Positions 51,286-63,213 of a stretch of DNA of 64,000 bases are shown piece after piece. Origin of the DNA: Macrostomum hystrix (lineage: Eukaryota > Animalia > Platyhelminthes); contig CATNEN010000011.1 of NCBI GenBank assembly GCA_950097015.1, positions 5,270,001 to 5,334,000 of the forward strand, read 5' to 3'. The translations under genes and the position numbers were made by a program. Below the pieces are notes generated by a model. That model was given only the letters and a program-made list of their open reading frames with translations, was not told the DNA's origin and did not search any database. How positions within the stretch are numbered: position 1 is the first letter of the stretch; each line of letters begins with the position of its first letter.

Positions 51286-54200
51286 ATGAGCGAACGCCCA
51301 GAAAGCGCTGGTCTTCACTGGCCCGACCTTCGCTACCTCATCATGTGCCGCAGCTTACAAAGCCTGCCCACATTTACCATCGGTGAGTTAACTGACTGAT
51401 CTTAATATATTCAGCTTGTCTGTGTCAGTCTAGCACAGGAGTCGGCAACCTTATATACCCCGCGGGCTAAAGAGAGAATCTTAAAGACGACGGCGAGCCG
51501 CATGAAGAAAGGGGAGAAATGAGACACATGAGAGATCAGACAGGGGGACGGGGGAGATAAGAAGCAAGAGAGATGAGACAGGGGAGAGATGAGACAGGGG
51601 AGAGGTGAGATAGGGTGTACTGTAGAGTAGGTGTTAGGAGGAGCTAAGGGCCGGATTTGGGAGCTTCGAGGGCCGCATCTGGCCGGCGGGCCGGAGGTTG
51701 CCGACCCATGGTCTAGCAGAACCCATTCAAAATGGATGCTGGATTTTTAGTGACAGGCCTTTAACAGACTTCTATTTCCTCCATTTTAGCACTGTACTGC
51801 TTTAGTTCTACCCTGCAGGGCCAGTTTTAGTATAGGCCATGCTAAATGCTATTATTCCATTTATTGTGAATCTTCCCACGCTCATCCCATTATGCCAGTC
51901 CGCGCTGATACTCTTAATCCCCTTAATCCCCTATCCCGTACATCCTCTATTTGGCATTGCCGCGACCACCGCTGCCGCCAAGACCAACCCTAGATACAAT
52001 TATTCTTCAGGCCATTGCCAACATGAAAAGGAGCCCGATAGCAAATGAGATCGGACTAGCCAAGTCATCTATTCCAGTAATAAATAGTAGACTCACAGTA
52101 CGTGTACTCACCAGCTCAAGCTGCCGCAGCTCTACAAGTTTAAAAGCGGTCAACATGTTTTCCTTTCATTTTCTAGCATCGTGAAAATTTCTGTAGCTGC
52201 ATTTCCTGCTCTGCTCTGCAATAGAAGATATTTTAGGCAATTTAGATAATCCAAACAAGAAAGTCGTATCGTCCTATCAACTTTCCTAGCAGAAATGTCA
52301 TCGCCTGTCGCTGACACCGCGGCAGTCGGGCGCGGCAGCAGCAGCAGCAGCATCAATGTCACTGCTGGAGGCGGTCACAGGCTAGCCGACGGTGAAGATG
52401 ATCATTCGAAGCACTCGGTGCTGACTGAGGAGCGCGAAAGCCACCTCTTTGCCTTCGCCATCGCGTGCATGACCAACGGCAGGCCGTTAAACTCGCTGCC
52501 GCAGGACGCGCGCCTCCTCTGCTCCGTCGTTCTGGCCGTCCTGATGCTGGCTGGAACTGTGTGCAACTGCGCCCTCATCTGCTGCATGTTCCAGGTCTTT
52601 CGAGCTGCTTGTTTATACAGACGTAGCCCTTACAGTACCTGCTTGCTTTGAATGCAGAACTGCCTCGAGTAGGGAGTGAGCATTCGGAGCTGTTAACGCG
52701 ACCGACTCTCGCAGCAAGCTCCCTGAGCTCGATTCCGCATGGCGAGGCCACGTTAATTTAGGACGCAGCCGCCGAGTGAAGGCTTGGGATTTTGTGGTGA
52801 AATTTACGCTCTTTAGGGTCAGCCTCCAAGGCACAGTGAGAGAGTACAGTGCCTGATGATGACAAAGTCATGTCGAATATTTCAGGGGGTCAGAATAGGC
52901 AGAATTGCCTTCTCGCTGGCTGCGGGTCGACTATTATGAAATGATACGCAGTAGCCTCAAACTGATTCGAACACAACACGCATTGACAGTTCGCCTACAG
53001 CCGCCTTGGCACCTGTCTGTACGTGGCCGCCATCGCCAGTGTCGACCTGGTTCTCATGCTGATCCGATGCGGCGACCTGTGGCTCCGCTGCGCCTTCGAC
53101 GTTAGTCCGGTCAGTCTGGCTCTGACGCAGTCGAAAACCGCCTGCAGCGTGTTTCCATTCGCCTACGGCTGCCTGGTACACATGCGTGGCTTCGCTCACC
53201 TGGCCCTGGCCTGGGACACCGTCAGTCTCTTCTGGCGTCCCGTGAGAGCCTGGCAGGATCTGCGACCAGACCGAGCTGGCAACACACTCATTGCGTTCTG
53301 CGCCGCCTTCCTAGTGCTCAATTCGCAGTACCTGTGGACCTACTCACTGCAGGATGTCCGACTGGAAGGCGGAGATGTGAAAGGTAGTTAGCTCGTAGCT
53401 AGTTACATTCATCACTATGTTGGGCCAATCATTATCAAATCCTTCGAGATTTTTTAAGAATTAAAGTGGTTTTTATGCAATCGATGTACACTGAAAAAAA
53501 TAAAATCTTCTATACCCATAGTGTAAATTTTCCAGGAAAGGTCATCTTTGACTATCGTCCTTAGTATTCTAGATGTCCTTGTGTGTTGCGTCAATATCAT
53601 TTATCTAATCTCAAATGTCGAATTTTAACGCCCAGAGAGCCTGTGCACTGTGGCTTCAACTTGGATCGCTCCAGCGTGGCGCAACACGGTCTGGCCGCTC
53701 ACCGACTTCCTCGTGTCCGACGCGCTACCGCTGACTGTGGTCACAATGGCTGCTCTGCTGAGCGCTGGCTGCGCACTGCGACACGCTGTCACTTCGTCGT
53801 CGACTCGAATGCACGACTTTGTCTCTGAAGATGGACCGCGACGCCTGACAACAGCCCCAGACGATCAGCTGAGCACCGAGGCGCTCATGTCGAAGTACAT
53901 TGTCGACTGCGTCACTTTCAAGCAGCTGCGAGTCTGCTTCCTGGCCCTGTCTGTAATGTACGTGACCGCCACCGTGCCCGAGACAGTGACCTACGTGACC
54001 AACTTTCTTAGCTTCTCGTCTGTTCGCGTCTCAGTTCGGCTGTCCGGCCGCCAGACCCTGGCCAGAGCCGCCCCGGACTTGGCGCTTGGCGAGGACACTC
54101 ACCGACTGTGGCTGGAGCTGGCCTGCCGACTCCTGGCGTTCGTCGGGACCGCCTTCAAGGTGGCGCCGTTTGTCGCCTGCTGTCCGGCCGCGCGAGCTCG

Positions 54201-54327
54201 CGTGGCCCGCTGGTTTGCCGGCCTGGCTGCCTGCTGCTGCTGCTGCTGCATTCGGTGTCGACGCGAGGCACGTCAGGTGGGAGTTGAACGACGCAGGACT
54301 ATCGACTTGACAGTTAGAGAAAACTGA
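51286..54327 (+). CDS. Divergent class A (rhodopsin-like) peptide-receptor-type GPCR
   Basis: Exons 51286-51382 (putative), 52290-52594, 52990-53383, 53636-54327 in frame; TM1 GTVCN, TM2 YVAAIASVDL, TM4 LNSQYLW, ECL2 Cys, TM5 DFLVSDALPLTVV, C-terminal Cys cluster. Confidence 0.82.
51436..51710. mobile_element. hAT (Charlie-like) MITE, 275 bp, in GPCR intron 1
   Basis: TIRs CAGGAGTCGGCAACCT and AGGTTGCCGACCCATG; 8-bp TSD GTCTAGCA at 51428-51435 and 51711-51718. Confidence 0.92.
52668..52925 (+). mobile_element. SINE family B copy in GPCR intron
   Basis: ccctgagctcgattccgcatggcgaggccac...aaggcacagtgagagagtacagtgcctgatgatgacaaagtc. Confidence 0.85.
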
Positions 54328-54354
54328 CAGATAGATACACAAAGTGCACCAATG

Positions 54355-54658
54355 GAGTCAGTGGCAGAGCGGTTGCCTCTCGCACCAAGGTCCCTGAGCT
54401 CGATTCCGAGGCGAGGCCACATTCATTTGGGGCGCAGCCGCGGAAAAAAGCTTGGGGGCATGTCGTGAAATTTACTTCCTCGAGAGCCAACCTACAAGGC
54501 ACAGTGAGAGTGTACACTGCCTGATGATGAGAAAGTCGGGGCCGATGTACACACCTGTGTGCGTGTGTGCTCGGCAGTCAGCGGAATAGGCAGAACTGCC
54601 TACTCGCTGGCTGCGGGTCTAGTGTCACCGAATGATGTGCCATTGCCCGCAGCCCTCC
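54355..54658 (+). mobile_element. SINE family B copy
   Basis: gtggcagagcgg...gagctcgattcc...ctcgctggctgcgggtctagtgtcacc. Confidence 0.88.
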
Positions 54659-55433
54659 GACAGTTATTAAAATAAGTTTAAAGTACACCTGGCCCGGTTA
54701 AGCCTGTCGTTCAAGTTGTGTACAGATGTTTCAGTCCATGGACAGGGAAGAGTTGCTGATTTCGGTACCCAATTTACAGATAGGTTAACTGAAGCATTAC
54801 GAAATTAAGTATCTTGCTAAATGACACAAATCGCTTCTTTGCTTTGAACAAGCCCGAAATTTTAACCACTGGGCTACTAGCCTCCTGTATCATTTGTTTT
54901 AATGGTAGATTTTATTTTGGCGTTAAACTCAATTGCGTGATGTCAATCTTAACTGTTGTCTTATTAGTTGCTGGATTTCTAGCTCCACCTAAGCTAGTTT
55001 GTGGTTGTTGATACGTCGTTATACACTCGTATTAAGCGCATTGCTTTGCATATTGACAACAGGCTAGCTAGCTATTTACCCCCCACAGGTTACGCTCGTA
55101 CTGCTCGAGGCCGGCCACAACGCGCAGACGTTGCAAACAATGCCACAATCCACCTATACACCTATACACTATACGAGCTAGCATGCCACAATTATTTTGC
55201 TCAGAAATTGAAATTGAAGAGACAGAGAATTGAGACAGGCACGAATTTTACTAACACGTGAACTCATTGTTAAAATGATTTGCACAATATATATTCTTTG
55301 CCTTCTGTGTGTGTCCTAGCCAAAGTTGTGCGTATAAATAAACACAGCAAGCTAGGAAAGCTGCGCCCAACAAATTTCGCACAATAAGCTAAATCTTCAT
55401 TTTGCATAACACGACAGTTCGGTCTTGTCTCAG

Positions 55434-58400
55434 ATGATTAACATTTTTCTGCCGCTGGCTCTGCTGCTGGTCAGTCAGAATCCCAGCGCAGCTGACGAAC
55501 TGCTCGGACACTTGAAGCCATTCGGCCAGCAAGGCCCAATCAGTCCGATCCAGTCCGTGGACGGCTTCATCTCGCCAGACGAGTTTCTCAACAACTACGC
55601 ACTGCAGAACCGACCGCTGCTGTTCCGCGGCGCCGCCAAGGCATCTCCGGCCTTCGAGAAGTGGACGGACGAATATTTGTCGGAGACAACCCCACCGAGA
55701 CCGGCTGGCGACGTCTTCATCGAGCACAACAAGAAGGAGAATCGATCGCAGAGCTACAGCTTCGTGCACTTCAAAGAGTTTCTGCGAATCTACAACACCT
55801 CCAACATCTACATGGTGTCCGAGGTCCCAAGCCACCTACTGTGAGTTCGAGTCCAACTGGTCTTCGAGTCATTTAATTCATCTTAACAGTAGAAAGACCA
55901 CGGCGTCTTAAAAAAAAAAATAATAATTGCAGGAGGGCTCGGGCGGTGGCACATCATTAGGTGACACCAGACCCGCAGCCAGCGAGGAGGCAATTCTGCC
56001 CATTTCGCTGACTCCTGAGCACACACGCACATAGATACTGTACGCAGGCATACGCTCACACAGGTGTGTACATCTGCCCTGACTTTCTCATCGTCAGGCA
56101 GTGTACACTTCACTGTGCCTTGGAGGTTGGCCCTCAAGGGCGTAAATTGCACGACAAGCCCCCAAAGCCTTCTCTCCGCGGCTGCACCCCAAATAAATGT
56201 GGCCTCGCCGTGGAATCGAGCTTAGGGACCGTGATGCGAGAGGCAAACGCGATAACCGCTCTGCCACCGACCCCCCCACGGCGTCTTTCAAAAGCTATAT
56301 TTTTTTCTGTATTCCTAAGACTTTCAACCATGAAAATCCATGAGACAACTACCAGAATCACAAAATGTCGGCATCATCGAGACATTTAATTATTCTTGAC
56401 GTGGTGACTGGTGGCTGAATATCGCTGAATATCTCGCCGATAAATTGCGTCGTATTTCTACTGTTAATGATAACACACTCTCTCGTACAATGGCAACTCC
56501 ACAGGGACGACCTAATTGTGCCGTATCCGCTGCAGTGCCGCTTCTTTGTACAGGGCGGCCTGGACACTCACGTCGCCTGGTTCTCAAGCGGTGGCACCTC
56601 CAGCGTCATTCACTACGACTCTTACGAGAACATCAACTGCCTGCTGCGAGGCCGCAAGAGCCTCGTGTTTGTCAATACCACCCGCTTCTCTAGCAAAGTG
56701 GCCAGGATGATTGACAAGCAGGGCAGAGGCTACTCGAGTGTCGATGTTGACTCGTGAGTTGTAAAGCTTCTAATTTGCGGTGGATTTTAAGTGGCGGGTG
56801 ACGCTACCGTGGATTAGGTGTGGGGTGATGTCACCACTGTGGATTAGGTGTGGGGTGGTGTCACCACTGTGGATTAGGTGTGGGGTGGTGTCACCACTGT
56901 GGATTAGGTGTCGGGTGGGGTCGCCACTGTGGATTAGGTGTGGGGTGGTGTCACCACTGTGGATTAGGTGTGGGGTGGTGTCGCCACTGGATTAGGTGTG
57001 GGCTGGTGTCACCAATGTGGATTAGGTGTCGGGTGGGTCGCCAATGTGGATTAGGTGTGGGGTGGTGTCGCCAGTGGATTAGGTGTGGGGTGGGGTCGCC
57101 AATGTAGATTAGGTGTGGGGTGGGGTCGCCACTGTGGATTAGGTGTGGGGTGGTGTCGCCACTGTGGATTAGGTGTGGGGTGGTGTCGCCACTGGATTAG
57201 GTGTGGGGTGGTGTCGCCACTGAGGGTTTAAGGGGCTTCGGCCACCCGATTGGGCAACCCCCATTGGGGGGAGCTACAAATAGCTACAAAGGATGCTACA
57301 TTCTACATGAGATTATCGATTTGTTCCAGAATCGACATCAAAACTCGACCTGAATTTTCCGGCTTGGAATTTCATTCCGCCGAAATGCAAGCTGGCGACT
57401 GTCTCTACATTCCGAATCTATGGTGAGTTACTGACTGATATTTCCGAAAGTTTGTCGAAAGCAGTTGGCAACTTGATTCACCAAAGTGATGATTTGTTAT
57501 AATTTGCTATAATGAAGGGTGCATCAAGTGCGTTCATCCGACAACAACCTGGCCGTGAATCTCTGGTGGTTCCAGCGAAAGTCGTACGACATTGGCGGCT
57601 GCGGCAAAGTCTTTGACAAAAAATTGCGCTTCAGTCGGGTTCGGTTCGCAGCCAGGATGAATGCGGCTAGAAACGATGCGACCGACGTCAGGTGGGATTC
57701 TGATTAGGGATTTGGGATTCTGATTTGGGATTTGGGATTCTGATAAGTGATTTAGGATTCTGATAAGGGGTTTGGGATTTGGGATTCTGATCAGGGGTTT
57801 CAGATTCTAAAATGGGATTTCAGATTCAAAATGGGATTTCAGATTCAAAATGGGATTTCAGATTCTAAAATGGGATTTCAGATTCAAAATGGGATTTCAG
57901 ATTCAAAATGGGATTTCAGATTCAAAATGGGATTTCAGATTCAAAATGGGATTTCAGATTCAAAATGGGATTTCAGATTCAAAATGGGATATCAGATTCT
58001 AAAGTGGGATTATTTAGAATATTAATTTGCTTTCTTATAAGGGATTTCAGATTCTTTGAAGTGATTTGAGATTCTATAAATTAGGATTTAAAGGATTTGA
58101 GATTTAAAAAAATTATATGAGATTCAAAAACTTGGTTTGAGATTCCGAAACCGGATTGTTGCTTGATTCGCTCAGAAAGCAAATAAACTGCTCATTGATC
58201 AATTGGCAACAATATTCCGAAATTCGCAGAGAAGTCCTGGCAACTCACCTGAGTCTGCCCGCAACTCAGGCCGACTTTGCGAGTTTTCTGTCCCGAGGCG
58301 AAGCGGAGCGACTCGCTTCTGATTGGCCAGAGTTTTCAACAACTGTGGCGGCCTTGTTCACAGCTCTGGACACCGACGGAGACGGTCAGCTGTCGAAGGC

Positions 58401-58974
58401 CGAGTTCAAGAAGAAGCTGAAGCTGAAGGCAAGTCTGGAACAGTTGCTAGTTTTTAGCGAGGCAGAGAGGCCAATTCTGCTCCATCCGCTGACTCATGAG
58501 CACACAGATACCATACTCAGACACAAAAATCACGCAGAGGTATACATTAAGGATGCGCTCTCAAATTAATGTGGCCTCGCCGCGGAGTCCAGCTCAGAGA
58601 CCTTGACCAGTGCGAGAGGCAAACGTGCTAATCGCTGTGCCATTCACCCACTGACCGTTTGTTATCGCCTACCTGAAGATTCAAATCTGTTGACCAGAAT
58701 TTTCAACCTCACAAATATTTTTTAGGCTGGCGTGGCAATCAAGAACGCCGTCACGGCCTACAACGTCCAGGTGTTCGCAATGCACGAAGCGGCCGCCAAG
58801 CCAGACGACTTGACAGATCGCGTCAGTCAGCTGCCGAAGCTCCTGGCTACCAGTGACAGCGGTGAAGATGTTTTCGCGCCTGAGAGAACCTGGCAGCCAA
58901 GAAGTCGCATTGGGAAGCAGCAGGAAGAGCCCGATGAGGACGAGAAAGTCATGGAAAGAAAAGACGAACTTTAA
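55434..58974 (+). CDS. Signal peptide + JmjC (cupin-like, FIH/JMJD5/JMJD7-type) + EF-hand + C-terminal KDEL
   Basis: Exons 55434-55840, 56505-56753, 57330-57422, 57518-57691, 58230-58428 (GC donor), 58726-58974; SVIHYDSYENINCLLRGRK, GDCLYIPNLWVHQV, NLAVNLWW, DTDGDGQLSKAEF, terminal RKDEL*. Confidence 0.88.
55930..56272 (-). mobile_element. SINE family B copy in JmjC gene intron 1
   Basis: Reverse complement of the 49380 copy. Confidence 0.88.
56800..57222. repeat. 30-bp G-rich minisatellite (ccactgtggattaggtgtggggtggtgtca)
   Basis: Direct repetition. Confidence 0.95.
57695..58145. repeat. 19-20 bp minisatellite (atgggatttcagattcaaa)
   Basis: Direct repetition with degenerate edges. Confidence 0.92.
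58460..58650 (-). mobile_element. Deleted SINE family B copy in JmjC gene intron 5
   Basis: gaggccaattctgctccatccgctgactc...gtggcctcgccgcggagtccagctcagagacc...gcgagaggcaaacg. Confidence 0.75.
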
Positions 58975-59342
58975 ACAAAATTCCTTTGCTGATCATTTTG
59001 TTAAAAAATCGATTTAATAAAACTCTGTTTACTTAGCCGGCTGATTATTTTAGGGGCCATCTATGCATCTTAGCAAACATCGCTTCTTTGAAAAAAACAT
59101 AAAGACGTTTTTATAGAGCAATTAGTAAACATTTCTAAAGATTAAACAGCATAATGTTTCTGTCTTTTATTATTTTGCCTTTGTTTGTGTAATATTTTCT
59201 CGGAATCTTAGAAAATTTTAAGCGGAAATCTAAAAAAGCGTAGTTTAATAAGACTAAATTATTGGTAACTTTATTTGGAAGAAAAAAATTAATTTGTTTA
59301 AAATCAGCAGCAGCAGGTTCTGTCTAAATATGTACAAGTAAT

Positions 59343-59552
59343 AATTCTGTGTAACAGTTAACCATTCTGTCTAACAGTTAACCATTCTGTCTAACAGTTA
59401 ACCATTCTGTCTAACAGTTAACCATTCTGTCTAACTATTCTGTCTAACAATTAGCAATCCTTTCTAATATGTAGATGCCTGTCTAACAGGTTGCCACCCT
59501 GTCTAACTGGTAGACAATCCTGTCTAAAAGGTACATCCTGTCTAACATGTGA
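59343..59552. repeat. 20-bp minisatellite (attctgtctaacagttaacc) with degenerate tail
   Basis: Direct repetition. Confidence 0.88.
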
Positions 59553-59796
59553 TAATTAAACGACCACGCAAGTTAAAAAGTGAACCATCTCAACCACGCA
59601 GTGTTGAGAAATTCCTTCCTAACTGAGAAACTACCGCACAAGGCAGGTAAAAGCAGAGAATATTTAGTTTCAACTAAAGACATGTTGAGGCGCAATGTGT
59701 CAAAGAATGGGGCTGGAAAACTTTAATCAAGAAACAATTTTTAGATACCAATAGCAAAAAGCTCTGTCTGCCGAAAGTGAATGGAAATACAAAATC

Positions 59797-60721
59797 TCAG
59801 GCCTTCAGCTCTGGAGTCAGCAGACCCGACTGCGACGACGGCTGCTTCGGTCGTTGCTGGCTAACGCTGCTTCCACTGCTCTTGACGCTCTTGACACTCT
59901 TAACGCTCTTGTCGGCGACGCTGCTACTGCGGCGGCTGCTCTTGCTACTGCCGCCGCTGCTGCCGCCGACGCTGACGCCGACGCCAGGTGCCAGAGGCGG
60001 CTCCAAGCCAAGAGCGTCGCGGAACAAGAACGAGCTGCTGTCCGAGCCCAGGTGAATCGCTGCCTCGCCGCGATAACGTCGAACCACTTCGTCAAGCCGC
60101 TTGCGTCGCTGAATATCCAGGACAGACTTGCAGGCGAACAGCTGCTCGCGCAACGGCTTGCCTTCAGTCGTCGAGAGGGCGATAGCAGGCTGAGCTCTGG
60201 TTTCTTCTTCGTCGGCCTCCGACGCGTCATCTTCTAAGCGTCGCTTGACGCCGACATCTTCCATGACGCGACGGTCACTGTCGCTGGCCAGCGCCGCTTC
60301 CGGGTGAAGCGAGCGGACGTTGAGGCGCTGCGGATAAGAGTTGACGGGATGCGGCATTCGGGTGATGCTGTCGCGCGGGTAGACATCCTCCAGGCGGGGC
60401 TGGTACGGGTGGAAGCAGATGGATACCTTGGTGGAGTGGTTCCATTCCTGTAGCGGGTGTTGGTTGGCGGTAAGTTCGCAATTAAAAAATTGAATGTCCT
60501 TTTACTTTTAAAAATCAGTCAGAACGAACCTGCGGGTGACTAGCCAACCTCAGGGGTGGTCTATTCTCTGAGCCTGACATTCTCTGCTCGCCGAGAATCT
60601 CGTTGGCCTCGTCAATCACTTGGCTAACCTGAGCCTGAAGGGCGGCATCATCTGTCTCCTCTTCCGTTAGTGTCGGCTGACGATAGCGTTCGGCAAGAGA
60701 GTTGGCTGGCTGCTGTTGCTG

Positions 60722-60760
<39 letters not shown>

Positions 60761-63213
60761 GTTCTCTTCAGAAAGGCGATGATGCTTCTGGTGCACCGAT
60801 TTCGCCTCATCGACCTGCTGAACCCATTCGCTGAATGCTTCGTTGCCTGTGAAATTAGTTTTTAAACTGATTTGGAGCGAACCGATTGACAAAGAATATA
60901 TTATCGCATAGCTTTACTGCCAGTGGCGGGTGAGTTGCAGAGCGATTAACGCGTTTGCCTCTCGCACCAAGGTCCCTGAGCTCGATTACACGGTGACGCC
61001 AAATTTATTTGGGGCGCAGTGGCGGAGAGAAGGCTTTGGGGCTTGTCGTGCTCTTTACGCCCTTAAGCGCCAACCTCCTGGGCACATTGAGAGTGTACAG
61101 TTCCCATTGATGAGAAAGTCAGGGCAGATGTGTACACCTGTGTGATCGTGTGCCTACGTACGGTATCTGTGTGCGTGTGTGCTCAGGAGTCAGCGAAATG
61201 GGCAGAATTGCCTCCTCGCTGGCTGCGGGTCTAGTGTCACGAAATGATGTACCATTGCCCACAGGGCTCCTGCAATTTTTTTGATTCATCATAATCGACT
61301 AATTTCGTGCATCGTCACATACTCTCAGCATCGTCAGTCATACTTGATTTATGCTTGAATAGAGAAAAGCAATAATTTTTCATCTATTTCGTCAGACTTT
61401 AATCAATGACTTCCGTTCGATGGGTCAGGAGTTCGAATTTCAGAAGTTTGGAGTACCGTTAGAGATTGAGTTTTGTCCTGTAAATCTAGCGTCCAAACTC
61501 ACCCTGGTACCTCATGTCGTTGGCCACCTGTTCCTCCTTCTCAAACTGCTTCAGCAGGTCCTTCATGGCCAGGCGCTTCTCCATCTTCAGCTTCCTGGCC
61601 ACCTGGTCTTTGTCCCGGTGCCAGGTCTCTGTGGCTAGCAGCCTGGCGCACTTCCTGTGGCCCCAAATCTTGGCCATGTCGATGGGCCGGAAGCCGCGGC
61701 TATCCGCCTGGTCGAGCTTGGCGCCCAGCTTGATCAGCAGCTGCAGGGCCTGCAGGTGGCCTTCGCTGGCCGCTTGATGAGCCGGCGTCACCTGGGCGTG
61801 TTTTGTGGTGTTGGTGGTCAGTTGTAGCTCAAATTCGCATTGTGCTAGTGGCCTCATTTTTTATATTTACCGGATATTTAGCGGCTTTAAGGGGTACACT
61901 ATTTTCTGTGATGCCATTTAATGTTAAGCCTCACCTCACTCGGGTTTACGGAACACGTTTTTATTGATGTCTAACATGTTCTTCCTTCGCTTGATGTCTA
62001 ACAAGTTCTGAATGATATCTAACAGGCTCCCCAGTTAATCTCCAGCTGGTTCTAAAACATATCTAACAGGCTCCCCAGTTAATCTCCAGCTGGTTCTAAA
62101 ACATATCTAACAGGCTCCCAGTTAATCTCCAGCTGGTTCTAGATCATATCTAACAGGTTTTCTATAAAACTTTATTTAATGTTTAACGACGTGTGCTTGA
62201 TAATGTCTAACAGGTCCTTGGTAATGTCATTTACCAATGAAAAGGTTCATTGTAATGTCTAAAGCGTTCTTAAAGGGGCCAAAAGTCGACAGAATCCAAC
62301 TTATAACTAGTAACTTGTCGTAAAAAATATTAGGATAGAAAATATTTTGTTTAAAATTTGTATATAAAAATTAATTAAGACAGTAAATACATTTAAAAGT
62401 ACAAAATCCATAAGGAACAACACAGCATTAAGCGGCACTTAATGAATAGCAGGTGAAAATACCGTTTAAGTGTGATGTAAGCATCCTGTAAATTATACTG
62501 CTGATAGTGTGATTTTCATACCAAGAGATGACTCAACTATGAGCTACTAGATGCATTTCGCATCGAAAGCAGACCGCTTGTGACGGTTTAAGATTTTGTT
62601 ATATTTTAACTCGTGCGAGTCGTTGAAATTACCGCGTTAGTATTGAACACTCACCATAAAACAGTTGCTTTTGCTAGTTCAAACGATCTGTAGGTAGTTG
62701 TCAAACTTTAATTATTTTGGAAGCGGCGCTTAAAAACAGGTTATGCATATCTGGACGTAGAAATTGCTAATAGTATGTACACCTGGCTAATAAATCAGTT
62801 AGATCGAAAAAATAGTTGTGATTCAAACTCACCTGGTCGTCATTAACGCAGGAATGATCTGCTCCCTTGTCTAGCAGGTAGAGCAGGCATTGCAGCGACC
62901 TCTGGCCTGTCTGTGCGCTGATGCACAGGTGAACTGGGCGCCACCCGGTGCTGCTAGCCGAGTTCACATCGCAGCCGCAGTGCTCAATTAGGAACTTCAG
63001 ACAGTCCAGGCGGCCGTGGATGGCTGCCAGGTGAACGGCTGCCAGTCCGTTGCGATCGAAGGCGCCGGCGGTGGCTCCCGGCTCGCGGAGGCTCTGGCGA
63101 AGCCATTCGACATCGCCTATGGCGGCCGCCATGAACTGGTCCTCCGGGGAGGCCTTTCTGGCGGCTCCTGATGACGTCACTCGTCGGCGACGCATCGGCG
63201 GTCGAGTCGACAT
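59797..63213 (-). CDS. ANKRD53: Ankyrin repeat domain protein 53-like, with polyQ tract
   Basis: Exons 62833-63213, 61503-61791, 60530-60846, 59797-60447 in frame; FMAAAIGDVEWLR, RPIDMAKIWGHRKCARLL..ETWHRDK match the ANKRD53 pattern as I recall it. Confidence 0.82.
60921..61270 (+). mobile_element. SINE family B copy in ANKRD53 intron
   Basis: ttgcagagcgattaacgcgtttgcctctcgcaccaaggtccctgagctcgatt... through ctcgctggctgcgggtctagtgtcac. Confidence 0.88.
62010..62160. repeat. 44-bp repeat (atctaacaggctccccagttaatctccagctggttctaaaacat), ~3 copies
   Basis: Direct repetition. Confidence 0.9.

Noticed and set aside
56800-57222. Telomere-like GATTAGG repeats
   Set aside because: Part of a 30-bp unit, not tandem TTAGGG
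61885-62290. TTAAGGGG/TTAAAGGGG words as Kolobok or piggyBac termini
   Set aside because: No matching inverted partner found
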